DNA from: a virus
Lineage: Duplodnaviria; Heunggongvirae; Uroviricota; Caudoviricetes
Direction: 5' to 3' (one strand)
DNA: 64,000 nucleotides
IMG/VR virus record: IMGVR_UViG_3300031992_000010
The position numbers were made by a program, and so were the translations under genes. The notes below the pieces were generated by a model, which saw nothing but the letters and a program-made list of their open reading frames with translations, did no database searches and had not been told where the DNA came from. This document shows, piece after piece, positions 54,756 to 64,000 of the stretch. Numbering within the stretch: position 1 is the stretch's first letter; each line of letters opens with the position of its first letter.

Positions 54756-55076
54756 ATGAAAACAATATTTACATTCGGCGAAATAACAGGTGTTGATCTT
54801 TATATGAAAATTATACCAACGGATGAGTTCCGCTCGGTATGGGTTAAAAAGGTTGTTCGCAACGGCAATATGGTAACGTTGTATGACGCCCGCGATAAGG
54901 AATTGGTAACGGTTCCGGCCGATGCGACAAGCCATATCGGCAACAACTGCATCTTCTACTCGACCTACGGGGAAATCAATCAGGATAATCCAAAATATCA
55001 GGATGAATTCGGATATATTCGGGTTGCACGTTACCGTAACGGGGAGGAATTTTGGTCAGGCAAGTATTCATTTTAA
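54756..55076 (+). CDS. hypothetical protein (106 aa)
   Basis: ORF track; TAAGGATATG. Confidence 0.45.
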   Translation: MKTIFTFGEITGVDLYMKIIPTDEFRSVWVKKVVRNGNMVTLYDARDKELVTVPADATSHIGNNCIFYSTYGEINQDNPKYQDEFGYIRVARYRNGEEFWSGKYSF

Positions 55077-55096
55077 TAAAATAAAGGAGGATAAAT

Positions 55097-55339
55097 ATGG
55101 ATGTGGAACCTAATTTTTTGGAAATACCATATGTGGACGGAATCTCATACATTCGAATGTGTAAGGTTTCAAAGATTGAGTTTGAGGTGGATGAAAATAT
55201 TAACGGTGTAAACTACCGCATCACCATTCGATACGACGACGGAGGCATTGAGAGATTTTGCCTCCACGATGAAAACAAATGGAAAAAAATACGTGACAAA
55301 TTTTTGGATTATTGTGAGAAGTTAAATTCAAATGCATAA
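55097..55339 (+). CDS. hypothetical protein (80 aa)
   Basis: ORF track; AAGGAGGATAAATATG. Confidence 0.45.
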   Translation: MDVEPNFLEIPYVDGISYIRMCKVSKIEFEVDENINGVNYRITIRYDDGGIERFCLHDENKWKKIRDKFLDYCEKLNSNA

Positions 55340-55562
55340 TACAATGTGGCAGGCGGATAAGGTAAAAATTTTCGATTTCAAACTCGATGATACATCGGCC
55401 GTACATAATCAAACGGAGTTAAATGATTTTATTGAAAAACATACGGTCACAAACGTCCTCGCAAATACATATACCATAACCATCCGCTCGGCGGTGTTCA
55501 CATACATCCGCTATACGGTTTTTTATGAGGATAATTATTATACTCCGGAAAGTGACGAATAA
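55332..55562 (+). CDS. hypothetical protein (76 aa)
   Basis: ORF track. Confidence 0.4.
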   Translation: MHNTMWQADKVKIFDFKLDDTSAVHNQTELNDFIEKHTVTNVLANTYTITIRSAVFTYIRYTVFYEDNYYTPESDE

Positions 55563-55753
55563 TCGAAAATAAAATTTCAAAATTAAGGCGGTTTTTCTTG
55601 AGTTTAACAGGAGATCCGCCTTAACATAATAAATTATAAATGCCATGATGAGATCTCGCGGTAGGGCTCAAATAAATGGCAAAAAATTTTTTAAGGAAAA
55701 TATTAAATATTTTTCAAATTCTAAATATATTATGTTTAAATTTGTAAAATAAT
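55563..55753. promoter_or_regulatory. long intergenic regulatory region (candidate origin/ncRNA) sharing TTAAGGCGGTTTT and GAGATCTC with 37940..38101
   Basis: 9-bp stem hairpin TTAAGGCGG-N25-CCGCCTTAA; GAGATCTC palindrome; AT-rich run before the replication gene. Confidence 0.45.
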
Positions 55754-58700
55754 ATGAACGTTTCGTTAGAGCAAAGTTTGCAGGCATATAGGGTTTACCA
55801 TACTCCGGTAAATTTGACGTGGAAGCAGCATTATGTTACGGAACGATTTTCAAACGACAATATATTACTATGTCCGAAGGATGAGAGGGATAAATTCCTG
55901 GGCCGTTTGATGGAAGGTAATATAATGATAGCACCTAATATTAAGGCGCGTGAGGGTCAGGTATGTCATTTAAAGGATTTGATAAACACCGTGGTGAATC
56001 CGGCCAATAAAAATATATTGAAGGCAAACCGTAAGGTGGTATATAGTTCATCAACCACGGCACGTCCTATTGGTAAGGCCGCATTCGATTTATGGAATGG
56101 ATTTCAGGTAATCGATATGGATATCAAGGATGCCGGGATTTCCAACCGATTGAAGTCGGCGTTGTTTGAACGATTAAAAAAATTCAATTGGTTTTTGGGC
56201 ATCGCATTATCATCATCCGGGAAAGGCCTACACATATATACAAAAATACAAATACCGGAAAATGAAACCGACCCGGTTCAAAAACGTATATTATTCTTTA
56301 CCAATTTCCGTCATAAATATTCATTTGTATACCTTGCATGTATGAAATTGCAGGATGAAATTGGTTTTAATACGGATCAACTCATTCATTGGATGGACCT
56401 TGCGATGTTTAAGCCACAGCAAGGTGCATTTATTGGTTATGATGAAAATATATTGGTTAACTCCAACTTTTTTGAGGATTTTATTTATGTCAACTTCGAT
56501 AATATCGAGGATATTGGATACGATGGGGTAATCGATTGGGTTACGTATCCGGATTTAAAGGAGTTATTCAAACGTTGGGAATGGTTTGCGGAGGATAAGG
56601 ATGAGGAGATAGAGATTAATGTTAAGGAGGCCAGGCCATTGGAGGTGGATACCCATAATAAATTCCACTATAAACACCACGAACGTTGGAGGCTGGCAAA
56701 TACGCTGGTTAAACTTTATGGCCTACAAACAGGTACAAGATACCTTCGTATGATTTGTACCAACGATATTCCGACAAAGGAAATACAGGCCGACTGTGTT
56801 ACCGCCTCGCGTCACCAAAAGCCAATAGATGTTTGGGCCGTAAACCGTTTGAATACACAACACGGTTTCAAAATCAAACTTGACGTTGATTCCGCGGAGG
56901 AAAAAAAAGATGAGGATGATGCGATGTCGGTGATGGGGAAGGTTGAGTTGATAGATTCGCCCACGGCGATCAAATCATCCAAATTTTATAAGGAATTTCA
57001 TATAACAAAGGATCAATATTTGGGCGATATTAAAGGGGATTTATTAAAAAACGTGGGGAGGGTCACATTAATTGAGGCCGGGGCTGGTGTGGGTAAAACC
57101 GAAATGGTTAAGTCCCTCGTACGTGATGGAAAAAAGGTCATTATGGTGATGCCATTCACCTCGACGATTAAATCGAAGGTGGAAAATGTGGATGATTGGT
57201 ATTATTCATATGGTAACCGCAAGGTAAAACTCGATGGCAGCAAGGGGTTGGCAATGACAATAGATAAATTTTCCCGCCTGAATCTTATGGATGTCAAGGA
57301 GTGGGGATTTGATTATATATTTATTGATGAGTCCCACCTTCTATTTCAATCCGAATACCGGCCTATTATGCCAAAGGTAATCGAAATGATTTGTAATACG
57401 GAGGTACCGATTATATTAATGTCGGGAACCCCTGTTGGTGAAACCATTTTCTTTGAAAATCTTATACATTTAAAGGTTATAAAGGAGGAAACAAGACAAA
57501 AGGAGTTCCGGGTACATATTACGGATAATCCCGGTCACCAATTGTTTTACCTATGTAATGCGATGGCGGAGGATATAGTTAACGGCCGCCGTGTATTATT
57601 TCCGACAAATAAGGGAACCGCATTTAAGGAACAGGTCGAGGCCGGGTTGAAGGAAATACTTGAATCCAAATATGCGTGGTTTGAGGACCTGAATGTAAAC
57701 TATTATAAAAAATCAAACGTGGGTGAGGAGTTTATGAATAAGATAAATGTGGACAAAACAATCAAGGATACCCACGTACTTATGTGCTCGACATACCTAT
57801 CCGTAGGTGTGGATATTTTGGATAAATATAAATTTAATATATATTTCGACGAATTATGGATGCCACAGGAGGTGGAACAGTTCGCCAATAGATTGAGGGC
57901 AAACGATTTGTTCATAAATCTATTTATAGCAAAAAATACCAACGAAGGTGAGTCCCGGAATATATATACATATCGTAAACTTGACCTTAATCTCGACCCT
58001 AATGAGGTAAAGGATGCCCACGCCCTGGTTCAATTGGCAAACGCCTCAATACAACGTTCTCCGCTTGAATATCGGTATAATACGTTGGTGTCCAATATTA
58101 TTAAGGCAAGTAAGTTTATTGAATATGATGATGTGGATAATCGTTATAGAATCAACGCAATAGCATATAAGGTAATAAATTTTGAACATCGTTATCGGGA
58201 TTATGTACAGCAACTTATGGTCCTCATCCGTGGGATGCAGGATTATGGATACCAATATTCCATCACCGATAAATCCGGTGAAAACCTCAATAGTGATGCT
58301 TGGCAGGCCTTCAATGTGGTAACACACGCGGCGAAGGATGAACGTGAACGTATCAATGCCAAACATATTGATGAGTTATTGGATATTATTACCGACGACC
58401 GCCTGGGTATATACAAATCGGTTTTGTCCGGTGAGTTTGATATCAAAAAGGGTGCGGATTGGACCGAGAATATTAGAAAACGGGAAATGACCGTAAAAAA
58501 TATTGAAATATTTGAAAAGGTTATTCCGTTATTTGTGTCCATGACGAAAATGTATTCGGTGGATGATGTGAAGGAAATATTTTACTTTTGTCGAAAAGGT
58601 AATTTATACAATTTCGCCGCAATTAGAAGATTGAGAACATTAATTAACATATTTTATTATAACAAACAAAAAAGATTGGATATACCATTTGCCGATTATA

Positions 58701-59032
58701 TGAAGGATGTATATGAATTGGCGGAGGAGCCGAGAACCAAACAGGAGATGTTTGATTTCCTCGAAAATGAAACCAATAAGTATGCCAAAAATGATTCCAC
58801 GGAGGATATTGATATAACGAAATCACCGTTAACGATGGAAGGAATCAAAAAGGCGTTGGATGGTATATTAAAATGTTTATGTACCGTAAAAAGAAAAAAT
58901 AAAAAATTTATATTGGAAAAAAATGAATTAATATGGAAGGAAAAGGAAACGGACTCCGAGTTTATAAATAAAAAATTCGAATTGAGTGAGTTCCTCGACG
59001 ACCTGATTGTAACTATGGAGGAGGCAAAGTAA
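55754..59032 (+). CDS. putative primase-helicase: N-terminal AEP/PrimPol-like domain fused to a DExH-box helicase
   Basis: IDMDIKD (hhhDhD), GKGLHIYTK (sGxGxH), GAGVGKTE Walker A, IFIDESHLLF DExH box; 1092 aa. Confidence 0.5.
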   Translation: MNVSLEQSLQAYRVYHTPVNLTWKQHYVTERFSNDNILLCPKDERDKFLGRLMEGNIMIAPNIKAREGQVCHLKDLINTVVNPANKNILKANRKVVYSSSTTARPIGKAAFDLWNGFQVIDMDIKDAGISNRLKSALFERLKKFNWFLGIALSSSGKGLHIYTKIQIPENETDPVQKRILFFTNFRHKYSFVYLACMKLQDEIGFNTDQLIHWMDLAMFKPQQGAFIGYDENILVNSNFFEDFIYVNFDNIEDIGYDGVIDWVTYPDLKELFKRWEWFAEDKDEEIEINVKEARPLEVDTHNKFHYKHHERWRLANTLVKLYGLQTGTRYLRMICTNDIPTKEIQADCVTASRHQKPIDVWAVNRLNTQHGFKIKLDVDSAEEKKDEDDAMSVMGKVELIDSPTAIKSSKFYKEFHITKDQYLGDIKGDLLKNVGRVTLIEAGAGVGKTEMVKSLVRDGKKVIMVMPFTSTIKSKVENVDDWYYSYGNRKVKLDGSKGLAMTIDKFSRLNLMDVKEWGFDYIFIDESHLLFQSEYRPIMPKVIEMICNTEVPIILMSGTPVGETIFFENLIHLKVIKEETRQKEFRVHITDNPGHQLFYLCNAMAEDIVNGRRVLFPTNKGTAFKEQVEAGLKEILESKYAWFEDLNVNYYKKSNVGEEFMNKINVDKTIKDTHVLMCSTYLSVGVDILDKYKFNIYFDELWMPQEVEQFANRLRANDLFINLFIAKNTNEGESRNIYTYRKLDLNLDPNEVKDAHALVQLANASIQRSPLEYRYNTLVSNIIKASKFIEYDDVDNRYRINAIAYKVINFEHRYRDYVQQLMVLIRGMQDYGYQYSITDKSGENLNSDAWQAFNVVTHAAKDERERINAKHIDELLDIITDDRLGIYKSVLSGEFDIKKGADWTENIRKREMTVKNIEIFEKVIPLFVSMTKMYSVDDVKEIFYFCRKGNLYNFAAIRRLRTLINIFYYNKQKRLDIPFADYMKDVYELAEEPRTKQEMFDFLENETNKYAKNDSTEDIDITKSPLTMEGIKKALDGILKCLCTVKRKNKKFILEKNELIWKEKETDSEFINKKFELSEFLDDLIVTMEEAK

Positions 59033-59033
59033 A

Positions 59034-59951
59034 ATGGAATCAACCGACAAAAACATTATTCAAATTTATTTCAAGGAAATAAATGACATCTACACGGCAA
59101 ATAATAACGACTATGATATAGAGTATTGTGCCGAGAATCGTGAGAAACTAATTCAAATGAACCTAAAATCGGTAATACATATTGCCAAAAAATATGTGGG
59201 TTTGGGTGTACCGTTGGAGGATCTTATATCCGCGGGCAATGTGGGATTATGTATAGCATACGATCACTATGACCCTAACCGCAATACATTAAAACAACAG
59301 GTTCTAAAAATCCTGAAGGAAAAGGACGATTTTATTCCATATGATGAAATGGGTGAGGTATTCACATTGATATCGTATGGTGCGTTGAGTAAAAAGTTTG
59401 CGGCCGATTTTCCGGAGGAGGGAATGTATAACAAACAAAAACTAATTGATTGGGTGCATAAGAATGTATTCTCCGCAAAATTTAATTCGATTGCGGCTAT
59501 GTGGATTCGTGCCCATATAATGCAGGAAATTGATAATAACTCCCGCCTTGTAAGAAAACCGAAGGTGATAATTTATAAGGATAAACAGGAATCCAATACA
59601 TATCAAACGGAAATACTTACGGACCTGACCGGGTTGGATAAGGATGATGATTATGCAGTGGATGGTAATACAATCCCGGAGGTAAAGGAATCATACAAAA
59701 CATTCAAGGCAAACCTGAACCTGTTATTGGACGGTGTTTGTTCCCGCGATAGGGGAATATTGTTGAAAAAATTTGGTATTGGCCTTCCACGTCCAATGTT
59801 ACCAAAGGAGATAGCGGATCAGGAGGGATTATCAATTGCCCGTATATCGCAAATCATCCAAAATACCACCGAAAAAATGATTGTGAATAGTAAAAAATAC
59901 AATATAAATAGTAAACAGATGTATGACGATTTACAAAATATGACGTTCTAA
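59034..59951 (+). CDS. sigma-70-family RNA polymerase sigma factor
   Basis: region 2 LIQMNLKSVIHIAKKYVGLGVPLEDLISAGNVGLCIAYDHYDP; region 4 HTH LPKEIADQEGLSIARISQIIQNTTEKM. Confidence 0.7.
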   Translation: MESTDKNIIQIYFKEINDIYTANNNDYDIEYCAENREKLIQMNLKSVIHIAKKYVGLGVPLEDLISAGNVGLCIAYDHYDPNRNTLKQQVLKILKEKDDFIPYDEMGEVFTLISYGALSKKFAADFPEEGMYNKQKLIDWVHKNVFSAKFNSIAAMWIRAHIMQEIDNNSRLVRKPKVIIYKDKQESNTYQTEILTDLTGLDKDDDYAVDGNTIPEVKESYKTFKANLNLLLDGVCSRDRGILLKKFGIGLPRPMLPKEIADQEGLSIARISQIIQNTTEKMIVNSKKYNINSKQMYDDLQNMTF

Positions 59952-59954
59952 AAA

Positions 59955-59981
59955 AATAACGGGGCTCACGCCCCGTTTTTT
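59955..59981. terminator. bidirectional intrinsic terminator AAAAAATAACGGGGC-TCAC-GCCCCGTTTTTTAT between convergent genes
   Basis: 8-bp GC stem flanked by A-tract and T-tract. Confidence 0.7.
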
Positions 59982-62900
59982 ATGCATTTGGTTTATATTG
60001 AACCTTAACGCCATCGGCAATAAGTGTATTATTAATATCCGAAAGTTCCTCAAGAATATCCTTAAATACCTGCATTTGTTCCTCGTCATATTCCTTACGT
60101 TCCTTTTTCTCGGCATCACTTTCACCACCTGCAACAAAATCAACGGCGTCGCCGATAAAGCCACCAATACCCGATTTAACCCTACCGGCCATGGCACTGA
60201 TCTTTGCACCCAAACCTTCACTGCCACCATTCGCATCCTCAAGGGCGCCGGAAAGTCTTTCAAGGGCGTTTATAAGTCTATCGCTTATGGCATCCGCAAG
60301 TTTATCAAAATTACCATCGATGGTATCGCTGAATTTTGTAAGTTTATCAAGAACACCGGCCAATGCATTTGCCTTACTTGTATCTATCTTATTGATACTT
60401 TCAATAAATTTGGTATTATTATCAATAAATTCCGGGAATCCATCACCGAACTCGGCATCACTTACATTTTCAACAACCCTACTTAAATCCTTTGATATAT
60501 CGACCAATTTACCGGAAATATCGGCGGCCTTTTCAATATTATTAAAATCAACCTTTCCAACCCAATCGGATATACCGAGAACCATATTGGCCACATTTGT
60601 TGAAAGTAAAGGTAACTCCGACCGAAGCGAACCCTCATTGAATGCATCACAAATTGTTTGACAACCTTCCAACACGGCCATCAATCCCTCCATAACATCA
60701 GGAACCTCATCAAGCCCATCCTTCGCGGCATCCATATACTCCTCAAATACATCATCCCACCAATCCTCCGCCTCACTTAACTGCATACCCATTGCCATCG
60801 CATCCATAAAGCCAAGTATAAGTTGTTGGATTGTATATGTAATCATACCTTGATTTCCGTGTACCCAATCAATAAGATTGATGGTTTCACCATTAACCTC
60901 GATGGTACCCTCGGCAAAGTTTTTAACCATATCAATCAGGTCATAAACAGGACCGACACATTCACCCAATTCCTCCATAAAATCAACACGGTGGGCGACA
61001 CGTTTACACGTTTGCCAGTCGATTGAGGATATGGCATTTGCAAAACCTGTTATTAATGTGGTAAGATTATCACCTATTTTATCCAACATACCATTATTGA
61101 ACATTTCAATAATGTTATACTCAACCTCCCGGCCATCCCTTGTAAATGTAAATCTACCATCGGCCATATCCTTAATGACACCAATCATTTGGGCCAATGC
61201 CGCGGACGCAGGACCTATTGTCATCGCAATTAAATTTGCCTTAACAATGGCCTTTCCGAGGGATGCCAATGGAACCGAAAGGATTGCATCAACAAATGAT
61301 GTTATCAATGTAGGAATATTTGCCATCGCCTCCGTAACCTTTTCCTTATTGGATGCAACTTCGACGATTATTTGAATTGCCTCCACAATCGTTTTTATGG
61401 CGGTTGCCAACATTAACGCCGCCGCTCCAATGGAAATAAATGCGGCAATTGCCAATGCTATTACCACCCCGCCTACCCCGGATGCACAAAATGTTCCCAC
61501 GGCGATAAACATTCCAACCAACATCATTGCGGTAACAACAAACGAACCTACGGCAACAAGGGCCATACCACTATCCACCGATTCGGTTACAATTTTAATC
61601 GCATATGCTATCGCCAATACACCAACGGAAAGTGCAAGAATGGAGAATATTGTCCCCATATCAATATTGGCCTCCTGAATGGCCTTTTCCATAAATATCA
61701 CGGCGGCCACAACACCTCCTAATATTAACATATCAATAAGGATTTGCCCGATTGAAATACCCTCAAACATCCAATTAATAATCCACAATACACCGGCAAG
61801 TAATAATGTGGCGGCGGTAACCGTTATAAGATTTTTGGCAATTTCCGCCCATCCGCCCAATACGTCATTTACACCAAATTGAACGAATTTTAATAATATT
61901 AACATACCAATGGTGATAAGAAGTAATCCGCCAAGACCCAACAAGGCCTTTCCAATATGTTTGGTATTTATCTCACCAAGTATATACAATACCCCTGTCA
62001 ATAATAATAATGCACCGGATAATATCAATAACGATAACATTGGTTTTGTAAGGTCCTCCGGTTTAAGGAATTTACCTATCAGCCAAAATATTCCAACAAC
62101 AATACCCATTATAAGGATGACCGCCCCAAGTCCAAGCATAATATCCTTGAAGTTTTCCTTTACGGTTAAACTCATAACCGATATAAGGAATAACGAGGTT
62201 GTAAATGAAAGGAATACAACACTAATCAATGCCATACTCTTTAATGCATTCCAAAGGCCTTTGTTGAACTTCTCATCGTTTAATGCCCCGCATAATTTTT
62301 CAACCGACCAAATTACCAAACGGAATACCCACACAAATCCTGCAAATACCAACGCTGCAGGGATGGCCACGATTGATAACAACCCCATAACAATCATTGT
62401 GGTCGTCATACTTGTAATTAGGGATTTAAATGAACCCCAACTTTTCTCAAATTCCTTTTGTTTTTTGGTCCAACGATTTGAAAATACGGTAAGTGTTGCA
62501 ACCACCTTTTTAATGACATCAAATAAATTATCGATTGTTTTATATACCAATTTTGCGGCGATATTAACCGCAATTGATTTCTTACCCAATCCAATTACCG
62601 TTTGGGCAATATCCTTCATTGATGACATAATAATGGCAAGTTCCTTGAATGCACCTCCGGTTCCCGGCTCGATCCATTTTTTCTCCTCCGTTTTTTGTTT
62701 ATTACCCACTATTTCGGTAACAACGGCATTCATAACCTTTTCGGTTTTTATGGTGGATAAAAATTCCTTGTTATCCTTCAAAATTTTATCCATCCCCTTG
62801 AATATATCCTTGAAAACAAGTTGAAGTTTCTTCATATATACCGGCATCAAAAATACCGTTTTCCAATCAACCAACTTCAACATTTCCATCGTACCGCTCA

Positions 62901-63234
62901 CAATACTTACAAATGGTGATATAATGGATGCGATATTTCCTTTTTCATCGACCACAAATTTACCTTGTCCGTCCCGAAGGGCAAGATTTTTAACAAATTC
63001 GTTTACATCCAAAATACTTTTGGTATCAATTTCATTACATATATCCTTGAGTGAGCCAATGGCCGACATCAAACTTGTAACAATAATCGGAAATGTTCTT
63101 CCAAAGTTTATTGCATCCTTCACCTTTATACTTTTATTGAAGGATGTTACCAATTCCGATATGTTTGGTAACATTTTTTGGGTGAGATTGACAAGTTCGG
63201 TTATATCCTCAACTTTGGGTAAGTTTAATGCCAT
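59980..63234 (-). CDS. large membrane-spanning virion protein (tape-measure-like or ejection protein), 1084 aa
   Basis: ORF track; at least 8 predicted TM helices in the central third; long helical N-terminal and C-terminal regions; strand switch suggests a structural module. Confidence 0.45.
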   Translation of the reverse strand: MALNLPKVEDITELVNLTQKMLPNISELVTSFNKSIKVKDAINFGRTFPIIVTSLMSAIGSLKDICNEIDTKSILDVNEFVKNLALRDGQGKFVVDEKGNIASIISPFVSIVSGTMEMLKLVDWKTVFLMPVYMKKLQLVFKDIFKGMDKILKDNKEFLSTIKTEKVMNAVVTEIVGNKQKTEEKKWIEPGTGGAFKELAIIMSSMKDIAQTVIGLGKKSIAVNIAAKLVYKTIDNLFDVIKKVVATLTVFSNRWTKKQKEFEKSWGSFKSLITSMTTTMIVMGLLSIVAIPAALVFAGFVWVFRLVIWSVEKLCGALNDEKFNKGLWNALKSMALISVVFLSFTTSLFLISVMSLTVKENFKDIMLGLGAVILIMGIVVGIFWLIGKFLKPEDLTKPMLSLLILSGALLLLTGVLYILGEINTKHIGKALLGLGGLLLITIGMLILLKFVQFGVNDVLGGWAEIAKNLITVTAATLLLAGVLWIINWMFEGISIGQILIDMLILGGVVAAVIFMEKAIQEANIDMGTIFSILALSVGVLAIAYAIKIVTESVDSGMALVAVGSFVVTAMMLVGMFIAVGTFCASGVGGVVIALAIAAFISIGAAALMLATAIKTIVEAIQIIVEVASNKEKVTEAMANIPTLITSFVDAILSVPLASLGKAIVKANLIAMTIGPASAALAQMIGVIKDMADGRFTFTRDGREVEYNIIEMFNNGMLDKIGDNLTTLITGFANAISSIDWQTCKRVAHRVDFMEELGECVGPVYDLIDMVKNFAEGTIEVNGETINLIDWVHGNQGMITYTIQQLILGFMDAMAMGMQLSEAEDWWDDVFEEYMDAAKDGLDEVPDVMEGLMAVLEGCQTICDAFNEGSLRSELPLLSTNVANMVLGISDWVGKVDFNNIEKAADISGKLVDISKDLSRVVENVSDAEFGDGFPEFIDNNTKFIESINKIDTSKANALAGVLDKLTKFSDTIDGNFDKLADAISDRLINALERLSGALEDANGGSEGLGAKISAMAGRVKSGIGGFIGDAVDFVAGGESDAEKKERKEYDEEQMQVFKDILEELSDINNTLIADGVKVQYKPNA

Positions 63235-63305
63235 TATAATTTTACATATTTTCTTTAATAATAACGATAAAAATATTTATTATAAAAGAAAATAATTCAA
63301 CACAA

Positions 63306-64000
63306 ATGATTTTTTCGAAAATTCAAACTTATAATTCGATGCCGGTATTTGAATCACGGCCGGTAAATGAATTTTTGGGATTGGCATCCATATTTTTATT
63401 GATGTATTTTTCAAAAATGTTTGATAAGGACTCCGACAAAGGAAAGGAAAACGGCAAGGAAAGTGGTAAAGGTGAGGATGAAAAAACCGCAGGAACCGCA
63501 AAGGAACCAAAGGAGGTAGGAACCGTTGATCTTAATGATCAGGATTCGTTGGCATCGATGTTTGCCGCTATGCAAAAAAATATTGACAAAGGTGGTGAAC
63601 TTTCTGATGAGGAACAAACCGAATATGACCTTATGACATCATCGGTATTCGATGAGAAAGGAAATATGCGTTCGAAGGAGGCACAGGAGGCCGCCTTAAA
63701 GGAAAATCCATATTTTAAAAATGCCGATGGTGAATTTGATGAGGAGAAGTTCAATAAATTTAACGAAAATATAAACACCAAATACAAACAGGCGGCGGAC
63801 GATGGTTCATTGACAAAAGCGGAGGATGAGGCCTCAAAAATAACTCCGGAGGAACGCAAGGCCGCGTTGGATAAGGCAAAGGATCACGCCGCCGCGGTAC
63901 ACGAAACCGATAAACAAATCGCGGAGGAAATAAAATCATATTCCGAAAATAAAGAACAAAAGAAAAAGGAATTTGAGGATATGGTCGATCCTGAAAAGAT
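63306..64000 (+). CDS. partial CDS (N-terminal 231 aa; continues beyond window end), Lys/Glu-rich protein with N-terminal hydrophobic segment
   Basis: open frame from ATG 63306 (MIFSKIQTYNSMPVFESRPVNEFLGLASIFLLMYFSK...) to window end; not in track because no stop lies inside the window. Confidence 0.5.
   Translation, partial: MIFSKIQTYNSMPVFESRPVNEFLGLASIFLLMYFSKMFDKDSDKGKENGKESGKGEDEKTAGTAKEPKEVGTVDLNDQDSLASMFAAMQKNIDKGGELSDEEQTEYDLMTSSVFDEKGNMRSKEAQEAALKENPYFKNADGEFDEEKFNKFNENINTKYKQAADDGSLTKAEDEASKITPEERKAALDKAKDHAAAVHETDKQIAEEIKSYSENKEQKKKEFEDMVDPEK

Noticed and set aside
60191-62824. Several plus-strand ORFs (60191..60661, 61031..61375, 61397..61678, 61679..61882, 61910..62824) inside the large minus-strand gene
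   Set aside because: Ala/Thr/Ser/Pro-rich antisense shadows of the 1084-aa gene; no RBS; they overlap a far longer ORF.
3229-64000. CRISPR array: the many repeated 30-60-bp intergenic elements
   Set aside because: The repeats are irregularly spaced (0.3-10 kb), flank protein-coding genes, contain hairpin plus T-tract plus promoter boxes, and are not separated by uniform spacers.
1-64000. Prophage, integrase, transposase or IS elements
   Set aside because: No recombinase-like or transposase-like ORF and no terminal inverted repeats; gene content is uniformly phage-like, so no host/prophage boundary is visible.

Overview
The window looks like a contiguous piece of a large, AT-rich (about one-third GC) virulent-type bacteriophage genome; no integrase, transposase, rRNA, complete tRNA or CRISPR array is present. 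Layout: (i) 1..3238, a minus-strand operon of three or four glycosyltransferase-like genes linked by start/stop overlaps. (ii) 3322..59951, a roughly 56-kb uninterrupted plus-strand array of more than 120 mostly small genes with strong Shine-Dalgarno sites (AAGGATATG or AGGAGG). These form cassettes delimited by a highly conserved hairpin-terminator plus promoter-like motif (TTAAATTT-N15-TATATTAATATGTAA), seen at least 17 times. (iii) 59980..63234, a convergent minus-strand 1084-aa membrane-spanning protein that may be a tape-measure or ejection protein. (iv) 63306 onward, a partial plus-strand gene. Recognisable functions in the plus array: a tandem Rnl1-like and NgrRnl-like RNA ligase pair, a split polynucleotide kinase (P-loop kinase gene and separate HAD 3'-phosphatase gene), QueC (7-deazaguanine preQ0 synthase) next to a possible TGT/DpdA-like protein, a YfbR-like HD 5'-deoxynucleotidase, a T4 gp1-like dNMP kinase, a dCTP-deaminase/dUTPase-family protein, a Rad50/SbcC-like ATPase with zinc hook, a gp32-like SSB with DDLPF tail, an AEP-primase/DExH-helicase fusion, and a sigma-70-family sigma factor. 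The accessory part contains a pentapeptide-repeat (DNA-mimic-like) protein, a Lar-like restriction-alleviation protein, an HExxH mini-peptidase, an SPFH lipoprotein, a DUF285-repeat protein and several expanded paralogue families (A-F), including modular repeat proteins with WLEKQG linkers. Two long intergenic regions share a TTAAGGCGGTTTT 13-mer, GAGATCTC palindromes and an operator-like inverted repeat; they are candidate origin or ncRNA loci. All functional calls rest on motif recognition by eye, because no searches could be run.
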